DNA of 64,000 bases from Ignavibacteria bacterium. GTDB lineage: Bacteria; Bacteroidota; Ignavibacteria; Tepidaquicellales; OLB5. Location: NCBI GenBank assembly GCA_030835085.1, contig JAUQWQ010000158.1, positions 70,892 to 134,891 on the forward strand, read 5' to 3'. How positions within the stretch are numbered: the stretch's first letter is position 1; each line of letters begins with the position of its first letter. This document shows, in pieces, positions 30,668-41,416 of the stretch. Under the pieces are notes generated by a model that worked only from the letters and a program-made list of their open reading frames with translations, made no database searches and was not told where the DNA came from. Position numbers and translations under genes: made by a program.

Positions 30668-31974
30668 TTAATTAACACCATTTTTTTAGTTTCCTTGAAA
30701 TCACCGCTTTCAAGTTTGTAATAATACACACCGCTTGGGTATGCTGATGCATCCCAGTCAGCTTCGTAGGTTCCCGGCTGCAATTGCTGATTAACAAGTT
30801 TGGTTATTTCCCTACCTACTGCGTCGTACACAGTAAGGAATGTCTGTACTGCTGATGTACCGCTTACAGAAAATTTTATTATTGTAAACGGATTGAATGG
30901 GTTAGGGTAATTTTGTGATAAGCTGAATTTTTCAGGAGTATTAGAGCCTGTCTGCGTTATTCCGGAGAAGAAATAATTGCAGCGTGTTATACCTCCGTTT
31001 GACCTGACACCAAAGCAAACTGTACCATTCCTTACATTGGTAAAGTGCCTGTAGTTACCAGCAGGCGCTGTATATTCAATTGCCCAATTCGCCCCGCCTG
31101 AGCCTTTATATATGCTGGTTGTATTCCTTGTATACCAGCTGTAACCATAATCTACCGGAGCCGGGAACAAAACGAATCCCGAAAAATTTCCTGTACCAAC
31201 TGAGGTCTGTGAAGTCCAGTTCATTCCGTAATTCGACGTTTTCATTAATGATGTACCCCCTGCCAAACCATTTCCTTCCCCATAATACAAAAAACCCAGG
31301 GCATATGTATTAACTTCAGGAGCTGTTGATTGAGCTGTCCAGGTTGTGCCGAAATTTGTTGAGTGATAAACCCTTGTATTGTTTGTACCGAACCATAACA
31401 GTGAATCCGATTCTGTAAAAAGTGACTGTGAAGCTATAAAAATAGAATTATTCCATCCTGCTTCAGCACCCGCCTGGGGAAGGTACATTCCGGTTGAATC
31501 CCAGTTTATTCCCCCGTTTAATGTTTTCCAAAGTGACCATCTGCCGCCAACAGGATCACCCTGAATAAATCCATGCAAAGGCTGATTCTTTTTCATTACA
31601 ATACCGTTTATGAATCCGCCCGGCTGTGAAAAAACCTGTACCCAGTTCGCACCGGCATTAGAAGTACGCCATACCCAGGTATCTGTACCTACATAACCGG
31701 CTGTTAGGGCAGTGACTGCATCTATTCCCCAAATGCTCACCAGTGAAACTGTATTTGGAATGCCGCCGCCGCTGACATTCAGCCAGTTAGTTCCGCCATT
31801 TGTTGTCCTCAGGACAGTTCCGCTGTAACCGCATACCCATACGTTTTGAGGTGAAATGGGCGAAACCGAGGTCAATTGAACTGTAACACCTGAAGTCTGT
31901 TCAACCCAATATTGGGAATCTGCTGAAGAACTTATGAATAAAATTAAAAATGAAATGTAAATTAATTTTTTCAT
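30664..31974 (-). CDS. T9SS cargo, YCF48/BNR-like beta-propeller
   Basis: WVEQTSG, RTTNGGTNW, RTSNAGANW, KTLNGGINW, STNFGTTW; CTD. Confidence 0.85.
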   Translation of the reverse strand: MKKLIYISFLILFISSSADSQYWVEQTSGVTVQLTSVSPISPQNVWVCGYSGTVLRTTNGGTNWLNVSGGGIPNTVSLVSIWGIDAVTALTAGYVGTDTWVWRTSNAGANWVQVFSQPGGFINGIVMKKNQPLHGFIQGDPVGGRWSLWKTLNGGINWDSTGMYLPQAGAEAGWNNSIFIASQSLFTESDSLLWFGTNNTRVYHSTNFGTTWTAQSTAPEVNTYALGFLYYGEGNGLAGGTSLMKTSNYGMNWTSQTSVGTGNFSGFVLFPAPVDYGYSWYTRNTTSIYKGSGGANWAIEYTAPAGNYRHFTNVRNGTVCFGVRSNGGITRCNYFFSGITQTGSNTPEKFSLSQNYPNPFNPFTIIKFSVSGTSAVQTFLTVYDAVGREITKLVNQQLQPGTYEADWDASAYPSGVYYYKLESGDFKETKKMVLIK

Positions 31975-31981
31975 AGTATAT

Positions 31982-32839
31982 TTATTTAATTAATATCATT
32001 TTTTTAGTTTCAGTGAAGTTTATTGTTTCAAGTTTATAATAATATACACCGCTTGGATAAGCGGATGCATCCCAATCTGCTTCGTAAGTACCGGGCTGAA
32101 GCTGCTTATTAACAAGCAAAACCACTTCTTCACCAAGCGCATTGTAAACCGTTAATTTCACCAATCCGAAATATGCGATCTGAAATCCGAAATGCGTAAG
32201 CGGGTTGAACGGGTTTGGATAATTTTGGAAGAGTTCAAACTCCTCCGGGATTTGAGTGCTGATTTGGTTAATACCGGTTAGCATGGAAGTATCACCATAA
32301 ACCACACCATTCAGGACGCACCCGAGCAACGTTTCAGAAAATAGATTTATGCCGCTGCCGCCATAAGTTTCATATAATCCTATATCTTTTACATAAAGTT
32401 TACCGCCACCCATATATACAAAATGTTTAGAACTCCTGTTAACACCGAAAATATTCCTTATATTCGTATCTAAACATCTTCTAACTGAATTGCCGCAGTC
32501 ATTTCTTACGGTATCATTAAGTCTTGCACTTAAACTATCTATCATCCTTTCGTTTGCAGACCACGGGCATCCGCCGGAAGAGTAATACTGGTATACGTTT
32601 GCATTCGATGAATCAGTTCTAATATAAACTTCGCCAATTTTGTAATATTTATGCCCGTTCACTATCTGTGTTGCACTTACTGTTTTTCTTACTTTTGCAG
32701 TAGTTCCCCATTGTGTATTATATAAGGAATAAACCCAGACATTTCCTTCCTTAAGCGGATAGAAATAATACTCATTAACCTGGGCTTTCAGATCACAGAA
32801 ATAAACTGATAGGATCAAAACAAAAATAATTTTTTTCAT
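31982..32839 (-). CDS. T9SS cargo, PLxVGN-family paralog
   Basis: [40 protein letters not shown]; CTD. Confidence 0.85.
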   Translation of the reverse strand: MKKIIFVLILSVYFCDLKAQVNEYYFYPLKEGNVWVYSLYNTQWGTTAKVRKTVSATQIVNGHKYYKIGEVYIRTDSSNANVYQYYSSGGCPWSANERMIDSLSARLNDTVRNDCGNSVRRCLDTNIRNIFGVNRSSKHFVYMGGGKLYVKDIGLYETYGGSGINLFSETLLGCVLNGVVYGDTSMLTGINQISTQIPEEFELFQNYPNPFNPLTHFGFQIAYFGLVKLTVYNALGEEVVLLVNKQLQPGTYEADWDASAYPSGVYYYKLETINFTETKKMILIK

Positions 32840-32846
32840 ATGCGTT

Positions 32847-33740
32847 TTATTTTATTAAAACCATTTTTTTAGTTTGTGTAAAATTACCTGATTCAAGTTT
32901 ATAATAATATACCCCGCTGGGTAAATTACTGCCGTCAAAATCAACTTCATACGTTCCGGGCTGCAATTGGTGATTTACAAGTACCGTGACTTCACGCCCG
33001 TTTAAATCATACACATAGAGGAATGTCTGTACTACTGATTTGCCGCTTATTGCAAACTTTATCTTTGTTTCCGGATTGAATGGGTTTGGATAGTTTTGGG
33101 ATAAAGAAAAATTTTCAGGTAAGATCGTTCCCGTGTTTACAATACCTGAAATTGCACCATACTGCACTCCATTTATAATACAACCTAAAAGTACATCTTT
33201 GTGGCCATACTGAAAACATCTGAACATAGAAGTAACACCGATACCGTTCAAAAGATAGTACTCATTTGTTCCGTTACCGGAGACCGTAATTTTTCTGGCA
33301 CTTCCTGAGTGACCTGCAAAATTTCCCTGAAAAGTATCTGCTACTGTACAATATATATCAAAAAAATCCAGCCTTATGCCGTAATAATGATCATTTTTCT
33401 TTGCATACAAACTATCCAGCATTTGATCAAAAGCACCATTATACCTGTATACATTCATAGTTAATGAATCTATTCTTTCTTTATATCCATTTGAAAACAC
33501 AAAATATTTTTTGTTGTTTATTATGGTCTCTCCCGTTATTGTAATAGTATATTCAGTAGGATTTGGAAGCTGAAGGCACATACTGTTACCATATTGTATA
33601 GTTTGATAGCGCCAGGAATTCCCAATCTGTAACGGGTAATATTTTGCAATTATTGAATCCCAAGCTGCTTCATTCTCATTTATTCCAAAAAGAACGAAAG
33701 CAGACACCAATATTAGAAATATTTTAAAAATTTTATTCAT
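32847..33740 (-). CDS. T9SS cargo, PLxVGN-family paralog
   Basis: YYPLQIGNSWRY, RIDS, LDSL, LLNGIG, LLGCIINGVQYG; CTD. Confidence 0.85.
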   Translation of the reverse strand: MNKIFKIFLILVSAFVLFGINENEAAWDSIIAKYYPLQIGNSWRYQTIQYGNSMCLQLPNPTEYTITITGETIINNKKYFVFSNGYKERIDSLTMNVYRYNGAFDQMLDSLYAKKNDHYYGIRLDFFDIYCTVADTFQGNFAGHSGSARKITVSGNGTNEYYLLNGIGVTSMFRCFQYGHKDVLLGCIINGVQYGAISGIVNTGTILPENFSLSQNYPNPFNPETKIKFAISGKSVVQTFLYVYDLNGREVTVLVNHQLQPGTYEVDFDGSNLPSGVYYYKLESGNFTQTKKMVLIK

Positions 33741-33780
33741 ATAATTGATCAGTTAAAACCTGATTTCAAAAGTGAATACA

Positions 33781-34704
33781 TCACTTTATCAAAACCATTT
33801 TTTTGGTATCTGTAAAACTTCCGCTTTCAAGTTTATAATAATATACTCCGCTGGGTAAATTACTGCCGTCAAAATCAACCTCATATGTTCCGGGTTTGAG
33901 GTGTTGGTTCACTAGCACAGTGATTTCACGACCTAGTAAATCAAACACAGACAGGAATGTCTGTGCTGCCGATGAACCACTTATAGCAAATTTTATCTTT
34001 GTAACCGGGTTAAAAGGATTCGGATAGTTCTGAGTGAGTTCAGACCTTTCCGCGATTTCAGCGCTGATTTGGTTAATACCGACTGTTATAGATGTATCAC
34101 CATAAACATTTCCGCTAATTACACAGCCGGTCAAATTTGTAAAACACCAGTTTCCCGCTTCACCCCAGAAAACATTTGAGGGACCAATTGATTTAATATA
34201 CCTAATTGATGAATTACCTCTTTCATTTGTAAACAGCTTTGAAGCAAACAAGCTTCCAAAAATATTATATGAAGTGGTATCGACGCATATTTTGAATGTA
34301 TTCAAACACTTTATTGCTGTATCGTTTTTTTGTGAATTTAAACTGTCTATAATAAATTCATTTGAATAACATGTGAATCCGGGACTGCATAAGTTCATTG
34401 TCAAAGAATCAATTCTTATCAAAAGCGGCAACAAACCACAACCTCCCCCATTACCCGTAATAATAGAATTAACCTGAGTCAACCGGTAATACTGTTTTTC
34501 AAGAGTATCCAGAACCCCAACTACTTTTAATCTGATTTTTGAACTTCCTGTATAAAATTGCTGATGAGACTCTCCGTAATAAACCCATACATTCCCTACC
34601 TGCAAAGGCATAAACTTTGCAGCGGTTGAATCCCAGGCAAAGGACCTTACTGAACTGAATAAGATCAAACATCCTGTAAACAATATTAATAATAAGAACT
34701 TCAT
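33781..34704 (-). CDS. T9SS cargo, PLxVGN-family paralog
   Basis: [40 protein letters not shown]; CTD. Confidence 0.85.
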   Translation of the reverse strand: MKFLLLILFTGCLILFSSVRSFAWDSTAAKFMPLQVGNVWVYYGESHQQFYTGSSKIRLKVVGVLDTLEKQYYRLTQVNSIITGNGGGCGLLPLLIRIDSLTMNLCSPGFTCYSNEFIIDSLNSQKNDTAIKCLNTFKICVDTTSYNIFGSLFASKLFTNERGNSSIRYIKSIGPSNVFWGEAGNWCFTNLTGCVISGNVYGDTSITVGINQISAEIAERSELTQNYPNPFNPVTKIKFAISGSSAAQTFLSVFDLLGREITVLVNQHLKPGTYEVDFDGSNLPSGVYYYKLESGSFTDTKKMVLIK

Positions 34705-35663
34705 CTAATCAAAACCATTTTTTTAGTTTCTGTGAATGAACCTGATTCCAGCTTATAATAATAAACACCGCTTGGATATGCTGATGCGTCCCATTCTGTT
34801 TCATATGTGCCGGGCTGCAATTGCTGATCTACAAGCACAGCGATCTCATGACCAAGTAAATCATACACAGACAGGAATGTCTGTGCTACCGAAATACCGC
34901 CTATATCAAATTTAATTTTTGTTGTTGGGTTGAATGGGTTTGGATAGTTTTGTGAAAGCGAAAATTCAGCAGGTATCTCAGAAGATATCTGGTTCAAACC
35001 AACAACAAAACCGGTATCACCATAAACAACGCCATTAATAACACAGCCTTGCAATTCCGTAAAACCGTTACAGCTAACAGCATAACAATTGTTTCTGATC
35101 AATCCTATTCCTTTAAGATAAGTTCTGGTCCATCCTCCTTCAAATCCCAGAACACTGAAAATTCGTGCCTGCCTGCTTGAACCAAAGAAAGTAATATTAT
35201 TGGTATCAGAACAAACATAAGTTAGATACCAGATTGGCGGCTGGCAGTACACCCTTATTGTATCATTTTTCCGTGACTTTAAGCTATCCAGCATTAATTC
35301 ATTTGCGGTTAAACAACCAGCGCCGGGAGCATACCTTAGAACTTTGCCGGAAGCAGTATCAACTCTTATCAGTGAATCATACGGCAAAAATCCCGTGATG
35401 CATGAACGGGGACATGAAATGATCTGGTAAGATAGCTGGTTTTGGAAATATGTCTTACCATTATAAACAGTTGTGCCCGTTACCTTTACCCTTATCTTTT
35501 GACTGCAATAACATGGCGGAGAGCCGTAAGTGGAATGCTGGTAAACCCAAACATTTCCAACCTGCAAAGGCAAATAATCAGCAATGTTCCCGCTTTGTGA
35601 AAAAATATTAGAAACTAAATATAACAAAGCTGAAAAAACAAATTTAAATTTATTTTGTTTCAT
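34701..35663 (-). CDS. T9SS cargo, PLxVGN-family paralog
   Basis: [40 protein letters not shown]; CTD. Confidence 0.85.
   Translation of the reverse strand: MKQNKFKFVFSALLYLVSNIFSQSGNIADYLPLQVGNVWVYQHSTYGSPPCYCSQKIRVKVTGTTVYNGKTYFQNQLSYQIISCPRSCITGFLPYDSLIRVDTASGKVLRYAPGAGCLTANELMLDSLKSRKNDTIRVYCQPPIWYLTYVCSDTNNITFFGSSRQARIFSVLGFEGGWTRTYLKGIGLIRNNCYAVSCNGFTELQGCVINGVVYGDTGFVVGLNQISSEIPAEFSLSQNYPNPFNPTTKIKFDIGGISVAQTFLSVYDLLGHEIAVLVDQQLQPGTYETEWDASAYPSGVYYYKLESGSFTETKKMVLIR
34866..34889 (-). repeat. In-frame GTAG-type REP-like palindrome inside a T9SS CTD (best-preserved of six copies)
   Basis: Minus strand GTAG-CACAGACA-TTCC-TGTCTGTG, encoding VAQTFLSV. Confidence 0.7.
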
Positions 35664-35718
35664 TTTTAAATTTCTGCTTATTAAGAATATGTCAATAAAA
35701 CAATGATCAACTACCTGG

Positions 35719-36681
35719 TTATTTAATCAAAACCATTTTTTTAGTTTCTGTGAATGAACCTGATTCCAGTTTATAATAATATACACCACTGGGATATGCC
35801 GATGCGTCCCAATCAGCTTCGTAAGTGCCAGGCTGCAATTGCTGATCTACAAGCACAGCGACTTCATGTCCCAAAACATCATACACGGAAAGGATTGTCT
35901 CTGTTGATGCTGTACCGCCTATATCGAATTTAATTTTTGTTGTTGGGTTGAATGGATTAGGATAGTTTTGTGAAAGCGAAAAGTTTTCGGGAATTTCTGA
36001 GCTGACTTCTTTTACACCTAGAATAAAATTTGTATCTCCGTACAGAGTATTGTTTATGAAGCAGCCTCTTAGAGTAATTTCCGTATAACTCATCATACCC
36101 TGTCCTCTTGAATAGACTTTTCCTAAGTTAACTGCGTATCTGTGAATACTCCATGCTTCAAAATAGTTTGTCCAGCCAAAATCTTCCGATAAAAAGCTCT
36201 GATTAAAAATATTATATGTACTCCTTGTATGATGGATCCACTGACCATTACCGCTTTCGCAGTATATATATGCTGAATCGTTCAATGGAGTGTTCAAACT
36301 ATCAATTATACATTCATTAGTATCATTACCGGATATATTCAGACTATATAAATTACCAGTTGTTGAATCTATTCTGAGATAACTAAAACCAGAAGAATAT
36401 TGATTCGTATAGATTGTATATGTATCCCATCTGGTCTTGTAATACTTATGATTCCGGATAACGTGTGATGATGTTATCAAAGCAGATTCATATCCCAATC
36501 CCGGATTGAAATTTCGATATACATTCCATGTCCACTTATTACCAACACTTAATGGAAAGCACTTGAATATGTTACTGTCAAGCATATTCAAACTACTTGG
36601 TCCATTTTTTTCTGTTGCATACGTATCCGATGTATTACCATAAAGGGCAATGCCAAGTAAAATGATAACAAGGAATTTCAT
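35719..36681 (-). CDS. T9SS cargo, PLxVGN-family paralog (first gene of the array)
   Basis: CFPLSVGNKWTW, RIDS, IDSL, YAVNLG, LRGCFINNTLYGDT; CTD; AAGGAGGTGA SD upstream. Confidence 0.85.
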   Translation of the reverse strand: MKFLVIILLGIALYGNTSDTYATEKNGPSSLNMLDSNIFKCFPLSVGNKWTWNVYRNFNPGLGYESALITSSHVIRNHKYYKTRWDTYTIYTNQYSSGFSYLRIDSTTGNLYSLNISGNDTNECIIDSLNTPLNDSAYIYCESGNGQWIHHTRSTYNIFNQSFLSEDFGWTNYFEAWSIHRYAVNLGKVYSRGQGMMSYTEITLRGCFINNTLYGDTNFILGVKEVSSEIPENFSLSQNYPNPFNPTTKIKFDIGGTASTETILSVYDVLGHEVAVLVDQQLQPGTYEADWDASAYPSGVYYYKLESGSFTETKKMVLIK

Positions 36682-36767
36682 CTCACCTCCTTACTTTGGT
36701 GTGATTAAGTAAATATAATCATTAATTTAAAAAATTATCATTCTATATTAGGGCACTCTGGGAACCA

Positions 36768-36796
36768 TTGACTTACAAAAGTTATTATATTATTTT
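36768..36796 (+). promoter_or_regulatory. Putative sigma70 promoter of groESL
   Basis: TTGACT-17nt-TATTTT directly abutting the CIRCE. Confidence 0.55.
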
Positions 36797-36821
36797 AGCA
36801 CTCACAGTTAGCGAGTGCTAA
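36795..36821 (+). promoter_or_regulatory. CIRCE element (HrcA operator)
   Basis: Perfect TTAGCACTC-N9-GAGTGCTAA upstream of groES. Confidence 0.97.
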
Positions 36822-36877
36822 CTAATACCTGACAATCACAATTTTATAAATAACAATAATTTAGGAGGATTCTAAAA

Positions 36878-37165
36878 ATGAATTTAAAGCCACTTGGAGA
36901 CAGGGTAATTGTAAAACCTAAAGCTCCCGCAGAAGTTACAAAAGGCGGTATTATTTTACCTGATACAGCACAGGAAAAACCAATGGAAGGTGAAGTAGTA
37001 GCAGTTGGTAACGGCAAATCAGATGATAACGGCAAAAAAGTCGCTATGGATCTGAAAGTAGGAGATAAAGTTTTATACGGCAAATACAGCGGCACCGAAG
37101 TAAAAGTTAACGATGAAGAATATTTGATAATGCGTGAAAGCGATGTTTATGCTGTTATCGGGTAA
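36878..37165 (+). CDS. groES: Co-chaperonin GroES
   Basis: [34 protein letters not shown]; AGGAGG SD. Confidence 0.99.
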   Translation: MNLKPLGDRVIVKPKAPAEVTKGGIILPDTAQEKPMEGEVVAVGNGKSDDNGKKVAMDLKVGDKVLYGKYSGTEVKVNDEEYLIMRESDVYAVIG

Positions 37166-37189
37166 CACTAAAACAAACAAAAAATTTAG

Positions 37190-38854
<1,665 letters not shown>

Positions 38855-38878
38855 TTCAGTTAGGAATTACGGATTACG

Positions 38879-38908
38879 AAAAAGCCTCAACAAAAGTTGG
38901 GGCTTTTT
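38879..38908 (+). terminator. groESL terminator
   Basis: AAAAAGCCTCAAC-AAAA-GTTGGGGCTTTTT. Confidence 0.85.
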
Positions 38909-38927
38909 ATTTATTAACTTTGATCAT

Positions 38928-38981
38928 GTATGTCGAATCGCTGATTCGACATATATACGCGAAACAGGCGTTTCGCGTTAC
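38928..38981. repeat. Double-hairpin REP/REPIN-like element (family also at 45593-45656 and 48211-48262)
   Basis: GTATGTCGAATC-GCT-GATTCGACATAT plus ACGCGAAAC-AGGC-GTTTCGCGT-TAC. Confidence 0.7.
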
Positions 38982-39003
38982 AAAATATCATACTTAAATC
39001 AGG

Positions 39004-40242
39004 CTAATCATGGTTCCGTTTCCTTGGTAAATACTCTCCGGTTGATTCAATCGGGTGAGCATATTCGCTATTCCAGCTTTTATAAAAGATATCACGTACT
39101 CTCTGCGTAAACTTTTCACTTTCCACAACCAATCCAACATTACGTGATTCATAAAAATAATCATAGCTCATGTTGCTTGTGCCTATCCATGTAACTGAAT
39201 CAGCCGTAATGAATTTACAATGCTCAACCCGTGCAAATGGAATAAAACCGCCGGAATGATCAGGAATTTCAGTATATCTCACTTCAAAATTGGGGTATTG
39301 GATAAGCTCTTTAAAATGTTCGACGGCAGTTTTACCAAGATTCCAGTCAGATACAATTAATTTAACCTTTACTCCCCTTTTTGAAGCACTGATAAGTGCT
39401 GCATCCACTTCATCCCAGTAGCCATCTTTTGTAACCGGATTGTATGAAAGAAACTGCAGAGTGATTTCTGTGGTGGAATATTTTATCATAAACATGATCT
39501 CATCAAGATCTTTATCACCGTTGATATGGTAAAACTCTTTGGGACTGATTGTTGGTTTTACGTGAATTGAATCTCCATAAATACTTTTGTATATCATGAA
39601 GTCAGGTCCGCTTATAGTGTAAATCGGCAGGCTCCATGTCTTACCGTCATTTATCTCTGAATATTTCCAATCCTCATTAAATATATCTGAATATATCCGG
39701 ATTAGATCCCAATCTCCTGAGATCCTCACTCCTAGCTCATGGATATGCTTCAAAGCACGCCAGTCAAAATTCTGCGAACCAAAAAATAATTCTTTACCAT
39801 CAACAATAAAGAATTTTGCATGCTGAATCCCCCCGGCAAGTGATTTAAAATCGATTACATGTTTGGAGATATTTGAACTCTGCAGTTCCATCCATGTTAC
39901 ATCATCAGGGTATGTTCTGTACATTTCTCCATCAACAATGATGCGGACTATCACTCCCCTTTTTGCCGCTGCAACAATTGCATTTAAGACTGTATCAAGC
40001 GGTTCACCCTTCTCATTGGATATGTAGAACTGTTCTATTTCAAGGGTTTTTTGTGCGGAGTTAATCATCTCAAGCCAAACTCCCAGGGTGTTGCGAATAT
40101 CGGGATTATCAAGGGTAGTTTCAACGGGAATACTTTCAACAAGCTCAACGTTTTGAGAGTAAGAAAAAACAGGAATTAATAAAAAAACTACAAATGTTTT
40201 CAAAAAAAACAGTTTCCAATTTATAACTTTTTTGAGCTTCAT
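39004..40242 (-). CDS. Exported phospholipase D-superfamily protein, PLD3-like
   Basis: LVESIP motif; two HKD motifs (HAKFFIVD..GSQN, HCKFITAD..GTSN); signal peptide. Confidence 0.85.
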   Translation of the reverse strand: MKLKKVINWKLFFLKTFVVFLLIPVFSYSQNVELVESIPVETTLDNPDIRNTLGVWLEMINSAQKTLEIEQFYISNEKGEPLDTVLNAIVAAAKRGVIVRIIVDGEMYRTYPDDVTWMELQSSNISKHVIDFKSLAGGIQHAKFFIVDGKELFFGSQNFDWRALKHIHELGVRISGDWDLIRIYSDIFNEDWKYSEINDGKTWSLPIYTISGPDFMIYKSIYGDSIHVKPTISPKEFYHINGDKDLDEIMFMIKYSTTEITLQFLSYNPVTKDGYWDEVDAALISASKRGVKVKLIVSDWNLGKTAVEHFKELIQYPNFEVRYTEIPDHSGGFIPFARVEHCKFITADSVTWIGTSNMSYDYFYESRNVGLVVESEKFTQRVRDIFYKSWNSEYAHPIESTGEYLPRKRNHD

Positions 40243-41300
40243 TATTTCTTATTCCAGAGATCGTTTACCAATGCTCTTCTGATCATAAATTCAATATTTT
40301 CATTTGCATTGATAAATTCAATTAATTTATCCGGTTGAGCTCTTTTATATATTCTAAATATTTCATCCGAAAATGCCTGCCCGATTTCATCAATATCTTT
40401 AAAATCAATAATTATGGTCTTAAATTTTTCAAGTCCTGCAAGAATTCTTCTTGCCTGCGACCTCGATAGAAATTCTGACCCATATTTATATAACTTTACG
40501 TGAACTTTAGTCTTACTGAAACGGAAATCTTCATCCGTATATTCGTCAAATATATCCTTTAGCACCTTTTTTGATCTGGAGGAAATTGTAAAAGTAATCT
40601 TTGTTCCTTTTTTTATTCTTGAATTTCCCAGTGAAACATCATTTATCAGGTTATTTACAAATAGTTTTTTTTCTGAACTTTGGATTATGAATGTATCGCC
40701 TGACTTTGAAGTGAAAAAGATCCCTTCTCCTGAATGAGCCTCCGGCATTGTAGTTTTTTTTCCCTTTAATAGCTCTTGTACTGCTTCAAGGATATTATTT
40801 AGGTGAAATTTTCTTATCAGATTATTAAATAATCCGATACCTGTATCCGTAATATCAAATCTTACAATTCCATTACTGTTTTCGGCATCAATAATAATAT
40901 TTTTACTCTGAGAATGTTCAATAGCATTATTCAGCATTTCCGTAAACGCATAATCAACAATACTTTTCACATTTTCTTTGATCCCCTTAAATACACCAGA
41001 CTGGTTATTTATATCATTCAGAATGTCAGATTCACTAAGACCTTTATTAGTGAGTCTGATCTTAATTTTTTTTATACTTTTAAATATGCTGCTTCCAGGT
41101 CTGCTGTATACTGTACTTCTGCCTTTACCTGACTTTACAATCAAACCGGTTTCAATCAATCCTGTTATTATTTTATGAATATAAGGCTGTGATAAATTGG
41201 TTAAAGCAATAACATCTTTCACTGTAAAACTATCCTTTTTTTTCAAAAGGTCACTAATTAATCGGCTTACGACCATTCGCTTATCGGTTATACTTTGCAT
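40242..41300 (-). CDS. HTH-HATPase-STAS-like (DUF4325) protein
   Basis: N-terminal winged HTH; YAFTEMLNNAIEHS, DTGIG, HSGEGIFFTS; SRSQARRIL..DFKDIDEIGQAFSDEIFR. Confidence 0.85.
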   Translation of the reverse strand: MQSITDKRMVVSRLISDLLKKKDSFTVKDVIALTNLSQPYIHKIITGLIETGLIVKSGKGRSTVYSRPGSSIFKSIKKIKIRLTNKGLSESDILNDINNQSGVFKGIKENVKSIVDYAFTEMLNNAIEHSQSKNIIIDAENSNGIVRFDITDTGIGLFNNLIRKFHLNNILEAVQELLKGKKTTMPEAHSGEGIFFTSKSGDTFIIQSSEKKLFVNNLINDVSLGNSRIKKGTKITFTISSRSKKVLKDIFDEYTDEDFRFSKTKVHVKLYKYGSEFLSRSQARRILAGLEKFKTIIIDFKDIDEIGQAFSDEIFRIYKRAQPDKLIEFINANENIEFMIRRALVNDLWNKK

Positions 41301-41416
41301 AATTATATATTTTCAATTTATCTATAACCAATATACATCAATTTGTTATAGATTGCAATAGATATTTATCCCGGATTTTCTATAACTATTCTATTACTTT
41401 ACCTGTTTAAAACTGT

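Noticed and set aside
24212-36681. Diversity-generating retroelement or invertase shufflon behind the paralog array
   Set aside because: No reverse transcriptase or recombinase in the window; differences between copies are not adenine-specific and all genes are full-length and co-oriented
36749-36776. Second CIRCE upstream of groES
   Set aside because: Only a GGCACTC half-site; the right arm does not match
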